From NCBI GenBank assembly GCA_944323135.1, contig CALURI010000013.1, positions 1,039 to 65,038 on the forward strand: a stretch of 64,000 nt of DNA. Direction: 5' to 3'. Made by a program: the position numbers and the translations under genes. This DNA is from Candidatus Gastranaerophilales bacterium. GTDB lineage: Bacteria > Cyanobacteriota > Vampirovibrionia > Gastranaerophilales > Gastranaerophilaceae. This document shows positions 17,045-25,986 of this stretch, in pieces. Position 1 is the first letter of the stretch. Every line of letters begins with the position of its first letter. The notes below the pieces were generated by a model. The model made no database searches. It saw only the letters and a list, made by a program, of their open reading frames with translations, and was not told the origin of the DNA.

Positions 17045-18926
17045 TTGCTACTCTGTTCATAATTTCTTGAAATTCATCAGCATCAATAGTTTCTTTATCA
17101 AGAAGTTCTTTTGCGATAGCTTCAAGCATGTCTCTGTTTTCGTTTAAAAGTCTTTTAGCTTCTTCGTATTTGGCATCAACAATATTTTTCATTTCTTCAT
17201 CAATTTCAAAGGCTACTTGTTCGGAGTAATCTCTTTGATGACCGAAGTCTCTGCCCATAAATACATTTTCTTGATTTTTACCGTATGCCATGTTGCCTAA
17301 TTTATCTGACATACCCCAAGCTGTAACCATTTTTCTTGCAATATTTGTAACGTTTATCAAATCTTGGGATGCGCCTGTGCTTACTCTGTCTTTACCGTAG
17401 ACTATTTCTTCTGCAGCTCTTCCGCCTAAAGATACAGTAATTTGTGCTAATAATTTTGCTTTATTAGTGTGAACTTTTTCATCTTTAGGTTTTGTCCAAG
17501 TAACTCCGAGAGCATAACCTCTTGGAATGATAGAAACTTTGTGTAATTCATCTGCATCATTCAATAATTTTGCAAGAAGTGCATGACCTACTTCGTGGTA
17601 TGATGTTAATTCTTTATCTTCGTCAGTCATTACTTTGCTTTTCTTTTCAATGCCAGCGATAACTCTATCTATTGAATTATCAATATCTTCCATTGAAATT
17701 TTTTCTTTATTATGTCGAGCTGCAAGTAATGCTGCTTCATTAAGCAAGTTTTGTAAATCAGCTCCCGTAAATCCTGGAGTTCTTTTTGCTAAAGTTTTTA
17801 AATCTACTTCAGGTTCAAGTTGTTTATTTTTAGCGTGAACTTTTAGGATTTGTTCTCTCCCTCTTACATCAGGAGCGTTGATATAAATTTGTCTGTCAAA
17901 TCTGCCAGGTCTTAATAATGCGTTATCCAAAATGTCAGGTCTGTTAGTTGCTGCAATTACAATAATATTTGTATTTTCATCAAAACCGTCCATTTCAACA
18001 AGTAATTGGTTCAAAGTTTGTTCGCGTTCATCGTGTCCGCCTCCCATACCTGCACCACGTTGACGGCCTACTGCATCAATTTCGTCAATAAATATAATGC
18101 AAGGCTGATGCTTTTTAGCCTGTTCAAATAGATCTCTTACACGGCTTGCACCTACACCTACAAACATTTCAACAAAATCTGAACCGCTTATTGAGAAAAA
18201 CGGTACACCGGCTTCTCCTGCCACAGCTTTTGCCATTAATGTTTTACCTGTTCCCGGAGGACCTACAAGAAGTACCCCTTTAGGAATTCTTGCGCCTAAT
18301 TTTATGTATTTGTCGCCGTTTTTCAAAAAGTCAACTATTTCTTCAAGTTCTTTTTTCTCTTCGTCAATCCCTGCTACATCTTTGAATGTTGTTTTAACTT
18401 TACTGTCAAGAAGCATTTTGGCTTTGCTTTTTCCAAATGACATTGCCTGAGAGCCGCCTGCTTGAATGCTTTTTGCCATAACTGCAAGAAATACTAAGAA
18501 TAATATCGGTAATAATAAATAACTTAATACATTTGCAAGAGTTTTTGAAGATTCTGTTGCTCTTGTAATTTGAATTTCCGCATTAGATGCATCAAGTTTT
18601 TTCATCAAATCAGGGTCAAATGTCGGAGTTAAAACTTTGTATTTAAGAGTGGGAGCTTTAGTTTGAGGTACTCCAAAAGGGTTATCCATAGTTGGAGTTA
18701 TAGCCTTAGGAGTTTCCGGTTCTGGCTGAACTTTAGGTATTGCTATTAAGAAATCATCTGCTTTTTCTATTTTTTTGAATTCACCTTTATCAAGTCTTTC
18801 CAAAAAGTTTGAATATGAAATTTCTGAAACCTTTGTTGTAGGTCCTGACAAGAATACTGATGAAACAAAAAGAAGTACAACTATAGCTAATACGATGTAC
18901 ATTCCTGCAGATTGACTTTTATTCAT
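17028..18926 (-). CDS. ftsH: ATP-dependent zinc metalloprotease FtsH
   Basis: Walker A GPPGTGKT, the second region of homology, and the zinc motif HEVGHAL. 632 aa with an N-terminal TM helix. Confidence 0.95.
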   Translation of the reverse strand: MNKSQSAGMYIVLAIVVLLFVSSVFLSGPTTKVSEISYSNFLERLDKGEFKKIEKADDFLIAIPKVQPEPETPKAITPTMDNPFGVPQTKAPTLKYKVLTPTFDPDLMKKLDASNAEIQITRATESSKTLANVLSYLLLPILFLVFLAVMAKSIQAGGSQAMSFGKSKAKMLLDSKVKTTFKDVAGIDEEKKELEEIVDFLKNGDKYIKLGARIPKGVLLVGPPGTGKTLMAKAVAGEAGVPFFSISGSDFVEMFVGVGASRVRDLFEQAKKHQPCIIFIDEIDAVGRQRGAGMGGGHDEREQTLNQLLVEMDGFDENTNIIVIAATNRPDILDNALLRPGRFDRQIYINAPDVRGREQILKVHAKNKQLEPEVDLKTLAKRTPGFTGADLQNLLNEAALLAARHNKEKISMEDIDNSIDRVIAGIEKKSKVMTDEDKELTSYHEVGHALLAKLLNDADELHKVSIIPRGYALGVTWTKPKDEKVHTNKAKLLAQITVSLGGRAAEEIVYGKDRVSTGASQDLINVTNIARKMVTAWGMSDKLGNMAYGKNQENVFMGRDFGHQRDYSEQVAFEIDEEMKNIVDAKYEEAKRLLNENRDMLEAIAKELLDKETIDADEFQEIMNRVASERQS

Positions 18927-19067
18927 TAAATACCTCTCTTCAATATGTTTTAACTTTTTTATTATAACTCAAAATTATAAAAAATGTTAAAAATGTAAAT
19001 AAAAATAAGATTTCTGAAATAGTTTCTCAAAAAAATTTTTTATATATGCAAGAGAGAGAGTCTGAAT

Positions 19068-19247
19068 ATGAAAATAATAAATTTTGAAACTATTAAAGAA
19101 AAAGTGAACAAACTTGATTCAATGGCAAAAACAGATATGACAAAGCCGAACAGTGTATTCCCGCAAAAAGAAGATAAATCGGTTGCTGAAAAAATGCAGA
19201 AATTTTTTGAAATTGCCGATGGTGAAAATCCGTCTTGGAATGTTTAG
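19068..19247 (+). CDS. Possible small ORF (59 aa)
   Basis: ATG at 19068 to TAG at 19245-19247 (MKIINFETIKEKVNKLDSMAKTDMTKPNSVF...). It falls below the ORF-track cutoff. It overlaps the exbD stop by 4 nt. No family recognised. Confidence 0.25.
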   Translation: MKIINFETIKEKVNKLDSMAKTDMTKPNSVFPQKEDKSVAEKMQKFFEIADGENPSWNV

Positions 19248-19633
19248 ATTGAATCTACAGATATGCTTGTGATTCCTGAATTTCGGGCACTATCCATTAC
19301 TTTTACCATTGCTCCGTGAGAGGAATCTGAATCTGTTCTGATTAAAAGTCCATCAGGATAATTTTTTGCTTGAGATTTCAATGTATTTTCAAGCTTTTCA
19401 GAAGGAATTTCTATTCCGTCAAGGTAAAATTTATCTGAAGCATCGATCATTACTGTCATGATTTTAGTTTCTTTTTGTACTTGTTCTTGCGCAACATTTT
19501 CGGGTACAGTAAGATTTAATCCCTGTTGATCAAGCATGGGGGCTATTACCATCATTATGATTAACAGTACAAGAAAGATATCTGTTAAAGGTGTTATATT
19601 AATTTCATTAAATGTATCTCTGTTGCGTGACAT
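19244..19633 (-). CDS. exbD: Biopolymer transport protein ExbD/TolR
   Basis: EINITPLTDIFLVLLIIMMV TM motif and ExbD-sized periplasmic domain. Confidence 0.85.
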   Translation of the reverse strand: MSRNRDTFNEINITPLTDIFLVLLIIMMVIAPMLDQQGLNLTVPENVAQEQVQKETKIMTVMIDASDKFYLDGIEIPSEKLENTLKSQAKNYPDGLLIRTDSDSSHGAMVKVMDSARNSGITSISVDSI

Positions 19634-19662
19634 AGTTTCTCCGATTTTGAATAAGGTATTTT

Positions 19663-20118
19663 TTAACCTTTCATATTTTTACCTTTTTCAAGGTCTTTTT
19701 GTTCTTTTTTGCTCAAAGGTTCGCCTGCGACAATAAGCTTTTTGTATTCTGCATCTTGAGCGGCATTCATAATTTCCATTATTTTTGCACTTTTAACTTT
19801 TTCATCTGCTTTAACAACAAGTTCAGGTTTTTCAAGCTGAGATTTTAAAGTTACTAATTCATTTGTCAAATTGTCTTCTCTGACAGGTGTACCGTTAAGG
19901 TACATCTTGCCATCTTTGGTTACTGAAACAGTGGCATTTTTTTGCTCAATAGAAATCCCGCTGTTAATCTCAGGCATTGTAATGGAACTGTCATGGGACT
20001 GGAAAGTTGGTGCTACAACCATCATTATGATTAACAGTACAAGAAAAATATCTGTTAAAGGTGTTATATTGATTTCTGTAAAGAGAGCTTCTTTGCCCTT
20101 GTTTGTTTTCATTGACAT
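19663..20118 (-). CDS. exbD: Biopolymer transport protein ExbD/TolR (second copy)
   Basis: EINITPLTDIFLVLLIIMMV motif. Tandem to the first exbD. Confidence 0.85.
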   Translation of the reverse strand: MSMKTNKGKEALFTEINITPLTDIFLVLLIIMMVVAPTFQSHDSSITMPEINSGISIEQKNATVSVTKDGKMYLNGTPVREDNLTNELVTLKSQLEKPELVVKADEKVKSAKIMEIMNAAQDAEYKKLIVAGEPLSKKEQKDLEKGKNMKG

Positions 20119-20187
20119 TTTGGTAACATTACTTACGATTATTTATATCGTAATTTCCTTTCTTTTTTATGTTTAGTAACGTCATTA

Positions 20188-20835
20188 TTATAATGATATG
20201 TTTGCGTTTGAAGGTGTAGTTGATTCATCATTTGAGTCAACAAAGCTTAAGAATAACAATTTAATTAATTGGAAATCATCTTCATAACGTTTAACAATTG
20301 ATTGGAAAGAGTTATAGAAGATAACCGCAACAATTGCAACTCCCAAACCAAATGCAGTAGCAATCAATGCTGAAGCAATACCTGATGCAACTGCTGCTGA
20401 TTGGTTTCCTTGAGCAGCCAAGTCTTGGAATGTAAAAAGAATTCTTACAACTGTACCGAACAACCCTAAAAACGGAGCAACACCGCCAATTGTACCTAAA
20501 ATTGTTAAATGGCTTTCTAATTTTCTTGATGCAAGTGATGCTGCAATATCAAAAGAACGAGAGAATCCATTTTTTTGTTCTGAAAATATTCTGACAGCTT
20601 CTTCCGTAACTTCTCCGATAACTCCGCCGCATTGTATTGCAAGGTTTTGAGCCCCATCAAGATTGTTTTTTACAAGTTCTTTTTGTAATCTTGGAATAAA
20701 TAATACAACATCTCTTTTATTCTTTTTGTAAAAAGAAAATCTGTTGATTACAACGCCTACAACCAATATTGAACAAACTAAAATCGGTAGCAATACTGGC
20801 CAGTCCATTTTGATTGAATTTAACAATAGTTCCAT
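20188..20835 (-). CDS. exbB: MotA/TolQ/ExbB proton channel protein
   Basis: Three TM helices. The LGTIGGVAPFLGLFGTVVRI motif is typical of ExbB/TolQ. Confidence 0.85.
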   Translation of the reverse strand: MELLLNSIKMDWPVLLPILVCSILVVGVVINRFSFYKKNKRDVVLFIPRLQKELVKNNLDGAQNLAIQCGGVIGEVTEEAVRIFSEQKNGFSRSFDIAASLASRKLESHLTILGTIGGVAPFLGLFGTVVRILFTFQDLAAQGNQSAAVASGIASALIATAFGLGVAIVAVIFYNSFQSIVKRYEDDFQLIKLLFLSFVDSNDESTTPSNANISL

Positions 20836-20877
20836 AGTTTTTTATCCTCTTTTTATAACAATAATTTACGATTTTTA

Positions 20878-22065
20878 TTAATAACCTGATGCTCCAAATA
20901 CGTTATAGTCAAACGTAAATTGAATATCAATACTTGAGCCTTTAAATTCAGCAGGCAGCGGTCTGAAAGGTGCTGTTGCCTGAACTGCGTTAATTGCGGC
21001 TTTATCGGCTCCCGGAAGCCCTGATGATTTGAATACGCTACAAGAAAGTAATCTTCCGTCTTTTGCGATTTTGAATAGAAGAACTACACGTTTGCTTTCA
21101 TTTCCTTTTGGCGGATCCCAATTCATTTTTATACGTCTTTGTAATTCTCTCATATAAGGTCCGAAATCAGGTTCTCTTATGGCATCAATACCCGGTCTTC
21201 CGTTAGGATTTCCCGGCCCAGGATTGCCGTAACCGCCTGTTCCGCCGCCCCCGCCTTTAGCGAGTTTACTGCCAGAACCTCCTGTTGGAGCTAGTGACGG
21301 AGTTGGTGCACTTGAACCCTTTCCGGCAGTAGAAGTTCCACCGCCACCACCGCCTTTAGAAGATGTTCCGGAACCGCTTATTGGTCCTGTTGTGTATCTT
21401 CCTGAACCTGTACCACCTTTAGGAACTGGTACTGCAAAAGGACTTGAAGGTTTTGCTACAGGTTTTGGTGTTGTTGGAGGTTTTATAGACGGTCTGGCTG
21501 TTGGCGGAGCCGGTTTAGCCGCTTGCGGGGCTTTAGGACCTGGTGCCGGTTGTTGAGCCGTCTTTTTCGGAGCAGGAGCTTGAACTTGTTCAGTTACCTG
21601 CTTAACAATTTTTTGAAGCGGATTTTGTGCTGCTTGTTTTGCCGGAGCCGGTTTTTTTGCCGGTGCGGAAGCGGTTTGTTTTATAGCTCCCGGTGCCGGA
21701 GATGGCATAGAGACTTTCCTTTTTGGGTCATGATGCCCGCCTGCTCGTGAATTTATGTCTGCTCTATATGGAGTTTTCGGGTTGATAGGTGTTTCTTCTT
21801 TGTCAACAAGCACAAATTCAATATCATTCATTTTTGGTTTTGGTTTGTCAAATATAGTAAGAGTTATCCCTAACATTCCGAGTATTAAAACTATTAAAGC
21901 CCAAATACCTATTGCAGTGGGATGCAATAATGCTGAAATCAGCATTGATTTTTTTAAGCTGATTGCCTCATCGTCTTTTAATACTGCAGGTGTTGTGTAA
22001 CCTGTATTTGTTTCTTGCTCTTCTTCTTCTATAAAGTTTTCGGTATATTTTCCTATTAAGGACAT
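20878..22065 (-). CDS. tonB: TonB family energy transducer
   Basis: N-terminal TM helix, a long Pro/Ala/Lys-rich and Gly-rich spacer, and a C-terminal TonB domain (YMRELQRRIKMNWDPP...FKSSGLPGADKAAINAV...F). Confidence 0.8.
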   Translation of the reverse strand: MSLIGKYTENFIEEEEQETNTGYTTPAVLKDDEAISLKKSMLISALLHPTAIGIWALIVLILGMLGITLTIFDKPKPKMNDIEFVLVDKEETPINPKTPYRADINSRAGGHHDPKRKVSMPSPAPGAIKQTASAPAKKPAPAKQAAQNPLQKIVKQVTEQVQAPAPKKTAQQPAPGPKAPQAAKPAPPTARPSIKPPTTPKPVAKPSSPFAVPVPKGGTGSGRYTTGPISGSGTSSKGGGGGGTSTAGKGSSAPTPSLAPTGGSGSKLAKGGGGGTGGYGNPGPGNPNGRPGIDAIREPDFGPYMRELQRRIKMNWDPPKGNESKRVVLLFKIAKDGRLLSCSVFKSSGLPGADKAAINAVQATAPFRPLPAEFKGSSIDIQFTFDYNVFGASGY

Positions 22066-22143
22066 TATTTTATTTTCCCCAATATCTATTTTCTTATGTG
22101 TTAATTTTATTTTAAAACAAAAATAAAATTATTACCCGATTTT

Positions 22144-22887
22144 CTAATAATTGTTATTAAACATTGCGGGATTAACAGTAATCGGTTGGGTAAGTACAAG
22201 CTCAATTGCTGAATTTGCAGGGATTTCCACATCATTTCCTTTATCCCAAATTGATTTTACAAGTCCTCCTCCTGCACCGACAGCAGTTGCTAAGGCTGTA
22301 CCTTTGCCGATATCACCGCCGGCAAGAGGTGATATTATAACTCCTGCTAAAGCTCCTGCACCTGCTCCTACAGCAAGGTCTTTACCATAATCTTTTGCAA
22401 CATCTAATTTTGTTCCGCCTATTAAAACCCCTGTGTTATCGTTTGTTTTAACTACTGCCGAGATAGGAATTTGCAATCCGTAAGGGGTTGTTATTTGAGT
22501 AAATCTTAAAAGAAGTTTTCCGTTCATACTTCCATGTTTTGCTTTCGAAACTTCAATTGCAGTTCCTGTAACAGAGCTACCTGCAGGTGCTATAAGATTT
22601 CCGTTATAATAAAAATCAGAACCTAATGCTACTGTTACGCTTTGACCTGTAGTCATATTGGCGGAATTTATCGGTGTTGTTACAACAACTGGAACTTTTT
22701 GTCCTGCCGGTACTGTTACAACACTGCCTTTAAGGGTTTGATTTCCGCTTAATGTTTGTGTCGGATAGTAATTTTGCTGAAATAATGGCGCAGGTGTTTG
22801 TTGTTGCACGCTGTAATTTGGAGCAGCATTTGCAATTCCTGCAGATAAAATTATTGCGGTTAAGATTAATCCGTATTTTTTGTTCAT
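22144..22887 (-). CDS. Secreted beta-rich protein with C-terminal glycine-zipper segment
   Basis: Signal peptide MNKKYGLILTAIILSAGIANA and Gly-zipper GAGAGALAGVIISPLAGGDIGKGTALATAVGAGGG. It is the second gene of the tonB operon and a paralogue of 22942-23526. Confidence 0.5.
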   Translation of the reverse strand: MNKKYGLILTAIILSAGIANAAPNYSVQQQTPAPLFQQNYYPTQTLSGNQTLKGSVVTVPAGQKVPVVVTTPINSANMTTGQSVTVALGSDFYYNGNLIAPAGSSVTGTAIEVSKAKHGSMNGKLLLRFTQITTPYGLQIPISAVVKTNDNTGVLIGGTKLDVAKDYGKDLAVGAGAGALAGVIISPLAGGDIGKGTALATAVGAGGGLVKSIWDKGNDVEIPANSAIELVLTQPITVNPAMFNNNY

Positions 22888-22941
22888 AAAATCCCTTTCG
22901 TCTTATTTATTATAACATTTTATTTCACAATTCATTTTAAG

Positions 22942-23526
22942 TCAATTTGTTAAGGTGTGAGTAACCCATAGAGGTGATGTTAAAATTATTAATTCATTTG
23001 AGCCGGGGGCTATTGTTGTATGTGTTCCCATTTTTCTTTCATAAGAGGCACGAATTTGTAGGGTTGTTTTTTTTACTTTTTGTTGTCTTTGTGCCATTCT
23101 TATATATTTTGCCGGTTCGGAAATCCCTCCGCCGAATAAATTATCGTTTGAATTATACAGGTATCCTCTTAAGGGAACTTCATATCCGTCTGTATAAACC
23201 ATTTTGGTAATTCTGATTTTCATTGCCGCATTAGTACCTATTATCGGGGCGTTGATTTTCTCAATATAACCGTAAAAAACGGTATCTTTTGGGATTATAT
23301 TTGTTTCATTGATAAATAAATCATTTGTACAAATAAATTTTACTTTATATCCTTCATCACAACTTTGGGTTGATATTTCCTGAGTGTTCATTACGGGAAT
23401 AAACGTTCCCTCAGGAATTATAATCCCATGATAATCTCTGAGTTTGAGCTGAACGTTTGGAAGATCTGCTGCTTGAACAGATATTGGGATTAATATTAAT
23501 GCTAAGCTTAATAACAATTTTTTCAT
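22942..23526 (-). CDS. Secreted beta-rich protein, paralogue of 22144-22887
   Basis: Signal peptide MKKLLLSLALILIPISVQA. The shared pattern is IPEGTFIPV...S.. / VPAGQKVPVVVTTPINS. Confidence 0.5.
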   Translation of the reverse strand: MKKLLLSLALILIPISVQAADLPNVQLKLRDYHGIIIPEGTFIPVMNTQEISTQSCDEGYKVKFICTNDLFINETNIIPKDTVFYGYIEKINAPIIGTNAAMKIRITKMVYTDGYEVPLRGYLYNSNDNLFGGGISEPAKYIRMAQRQQKVKKTTLQIRASYERKMGTHTTIAPGSNELIILTSPLWVTHTLTN

Positions 23527-23690
23527 AATATTTATTATAACAGTTTTTTCACTATTATCAATATAACGATTTATTTAATAAATTTGGTTCATATTTTTGT
23601 TACAATTGTAAATTTTTAAAAATTTTTGGCAATTTATACAAAAATAAATTTTTTATATAAATGTAGTGTAGTTTATATAGGTAAAAAATT

Positions 23691-24326
23691 GTGTTTAGTC
23701 CAATTGCATCAAGTTATTTTGCAGTAAGGAATGTCGATAAAACTCAAAATGGTGAAGTCGGCAGAAGTACTGTTGCACTTGGACAAGCTGCAGGTTTGGT
23801 AGAAGATGCGGCAAAAGGGAATAGTGTATTTTCGGGAACTGCAAGAAGTATAGTTTCAGGGTGTTCAAATCTTGCAAAAGAGCATAAAGCTTTTAAATAT
23901 GCAGGCAAAGCAATAAAATTTGCTGCAGATAATGTTAATCCTTTAATATGTGTATCAAGTGTAGTAAAAACTGCTATGTCTGATGATAAGGTAGGAACGG
24001 GCATAACAGAAATAGGTGCATTGTCTGCTATGTTTATGGGTGAAGGATTAGTTAAAAATAGTTATGATAAAGCTGTAAATTCCAAAGCTTGTAAGAATTT
24101 ACTAGAAAAAGCTTCTAAAACAAAATATATAAAACCTGTATTTGAATATTTGGAAAAACATAATCTTAATGGTAAAGCAGGAACTGTAATAAAAGGAATT
24201 GTTTTTGTCGGAGCATCGGTAGGCTCTTATGCTGTAGGTCAAAATTTGGGAGAAAATCTTGCCAAAAGAGTTAAAGCAAATTTAGGGATTAAAGCAGAAG
24301 AAAAAAAAGTTGATAAAAAGGCCTGA
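23691..24326 (+). CDS. Hypothetical protein
   Basis: 211-aa ORF with a GTG start, Gly/Ala/Lys-rich. No family recognised. Confidence 0.4.
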   Translation: MFSPIASSYFAVRNVDKTQNGEVGRSTVALGQAAGLVEDAAKGNSVFSGTARSIVSGCSNLAKEHKAFKYAGKAIKFAADNVNPLICVSSVVKTAMSDDKVGTGITEIGALSAMFMGEGLVKNSYDKAVNSKACKNLLEKASKTKYIKPVFEYLEKHNLNGKAGTVIKGIVFVGASVGSYAVGQNLGENLAKRVKANLGIKAEEKKVDKKA

Positions 24327-24389
24327 TTAAAAAAAAATCAATCGCATGACCTAATCCATTTTTTAAACTTATGTGTTATAATCAGCTAT

Positions 24390-25262
24390 GTGAAGAAGAT
24401 TTTAATAACATTTTCAATATTATTTTTAACACAATTTTTTTCTAATCCTTGTTTTGCCATAAAAATTGGGCTTCAAACAGATGTTCAATCCGCAGGAATA
24501 GGGACATCAGTTAAGGGTGTTATTATTGATGCCAATACAAATCATAGTGTTTGTGAACTTGAGGCTATGAAAGGTTATGAAATTAAGCCTTATCATAATC
24601 TTATGGCAATCAGATATAACGGAACATATTATAAAATTAATTCGGATAATATTGTTATAAAAACTTCATCTCCCGGATTTGTCAGTGCAAAAAGCAAATG
24701 GTACAGAGGAATTATAATGATACAAAATAAAAACGGGAAATTAACCGTTATTAATAATGTTCCTCTTGAAGATTATATAAAAGGGGTTGTGCCGTCAGAA
24801 ATGCCTTCCAGCTGGGAATTGGAAGCTCATAAAGCACAAGCAATTGCGGCTAGAAGTTATGCATTAGCAAATCTTGGCAAACGTGCAAGATACGGTTATG
24901 ATTTGAAAGACACCCCTGAAGATCAAGCTTATGGCGGAGCTTCAAAAGAAACTGCCGATACAAATTACGCTGTAGATCTTACAAAAGGTATTGTTTTAAC
25001 TTATAATATGAAAGTTATTAATGCATATTATTCTGCATCTGCAGGAGGTCAAACAACTGCAGGTGGTTGGGGAGCGGATTTGCCGTATCTTCGTTCGGTT
25101 CCTTCGTTTGATGATAATGTTAAAAAAAACGGGCATGGCGTCGGAATGTCACAGCATGGTGCAAATAATTTAGCAAAACAAGGATATAATGCTTATCAAA
25201 TTTTGCAATATTTCTACAAAGATGTAAAATTTGCAAGAGTTGATTCCAAGTCTTATAACTAG
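24390..25262 (+). CDS. spoIID: SpoIID/LytB-domain lytic transglycosylase
   Basis: Signal peptide, then EAHKAQAIAARSYA and YYSASAGGQT motifs. Confidence 0.85.
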   Translation: MKKILITFSILFLTQFFSNPCFAIKIGLQTDVQSAGIGTSVKGVIIDANTNHSVCELEAMKGYEIKPYHNLMAIRYNGTYYKINSDNIVIKTSSPGFVSAKSKWYRGIIMIQNKNGKLTVINNVPLEDYIKGVVPSEMPSSWELEAHKAQAIAARSYALANLGKRARYGYDLKDTPEDQAYGGASKETADTNYAVDLTKGIVLTYNMKVINAYYSASAGGQTTAGGWGADLPYLRSVPSFDDNVKKNGHGVGMSQHGANNLAKQGYNAYQILQYFYKDVKFARVDSKSYN

Positions 25263-25355
25263 CTGAAAATACCTAGTTTAATTGCTTTTTCTTTTTAATA
25301 AATTCTTAAAATGCACAATATAAAACAGGATATATTATTTTTTTTTGAAAAACAC

Positions 25356-25383
25356 TTGCCAAATTGAAATAAAATGCTATAAT
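25356..25383 (+). promoter_or_regulatory. Sigma-70-type promoter of hup
   Basis: TTGCCA, a 16-nt spacer, then the extended -10 TGCTATAAT, about 75 nt upstream of the hup ATG. Confidence 0.55.
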
Positions 25384-25459
25384 AAATCTTGTCGATAAAA
25401 GAGCATGCGGAGAGAGAATGGTTTCATTGCTGTATGCACAAGGTAAAAGGAGGTTCATA

Positions 25460-25732
25460 ATGAACAAAGAAGAATTAGTAAAAGAAGTATCAAAAAAAGC
25501 AAAAGTTTCTCAAAAAGCTACTGCTGACATCATTGCAGCTACTTTAGAAACTATTGAAAAAACTGTATCAAAAGGTAAAAAAGTTACTTTAGTTGGCTTC
25601 GGAACATTCGAACCACGCAAAAGAGCTGCTAGAACTGGTAGAAACCCACAAACTGGTGCTCCTTTGAAAATTGCTGCTAAAACAGTTCCTGCTTTTTCAG
25701 CTGGTAAAAAATTCAAAGAACTTGTTAAATAG
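25460..25732 (+). CDS. hup: DNA-binding protein HU
   Basis: MNKEELVKEVSKK...VTLVGFGTFEPRKRAARTGRNPQTGAPLKIAAKTVPAFSAGKKFKE. The RBS is AAGGAGG. The start was chosen at 25460, not the longer track ORF. Confidence 0.9.
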   Translation: MNKEELVKEVSKKAKVSQKATADIIAATLETIEKTVSKGKKVTLVGFGTFEPRKRAARTGRNPQTGAPLKIAAKTVPAFSAGKKFKELVK

Positions 25733-25756
25733 TTTTTGAATATTCAAAATTTAAGA

Positions 25757-25787
25757 AACAGAGTCTGTTTTCAGGCTCTGTTTTTTA
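25757..25787 (+). terminator. Rho-independent terminator of hup
   Basis: AACAGAGTCTG-tttt-CAGGCTCTGTT followed by a T-run. Confidence 0.8.
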
Positions 25788-25807
25788 TTGAAAAATTTTA
25801 AGAAATA

Positions 25808-25816
25808 TGTTATAAT
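25808..25816 (+). promoter_or_regulatory. Extended -10 element (TGTTATAAT) upstream of the leader mini-ORF and pilin gene
   Basis: Same AAATATGTTATAAT context as the other pilin loci. RBS GAAGGAG and the ATG at 25850 follow. Confidence 0.5.
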
Positions 25817-25849
25817 AAAGATGTTAAAAATAATGAGAAGGAGTTTTTT

Positions 25850-25897
25850 ATGCAGAAATTTATCAGAGTTAAGAATGTCGGGGGGGGGGTGTTTTAA
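25850..25897 (+). CDS. 15-codon leader mini-ORF containing the G10 tract
   Basis: A strong RBS GAAGGAG lies 6 nt upstream. It encodes MQKFIRVKNVGGGVF*. A +1 (or -2) change in tract length would fuse it in frame to the pilin ORF frame, which is open from 25873. Confidence 0.3.
   Translation: MQKFIRVKNVGGGVF
25880..25889 (+). repeat. Homopolymeric G10 tract
   Basis: Ten consecutive G in an otherwise AT-rich intergenic region. It is the only G/C run of this length I found in the window. Confidence 0.95.
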
Positions 25898-25986
25898 GGC
25901 TTCTTTCTTTAAAATTTAGGATTGCAAAAAGTAAAAAAATCTGTTATTATAGTGATATGTATCATTACATAAAAAGAGGATTTTTT

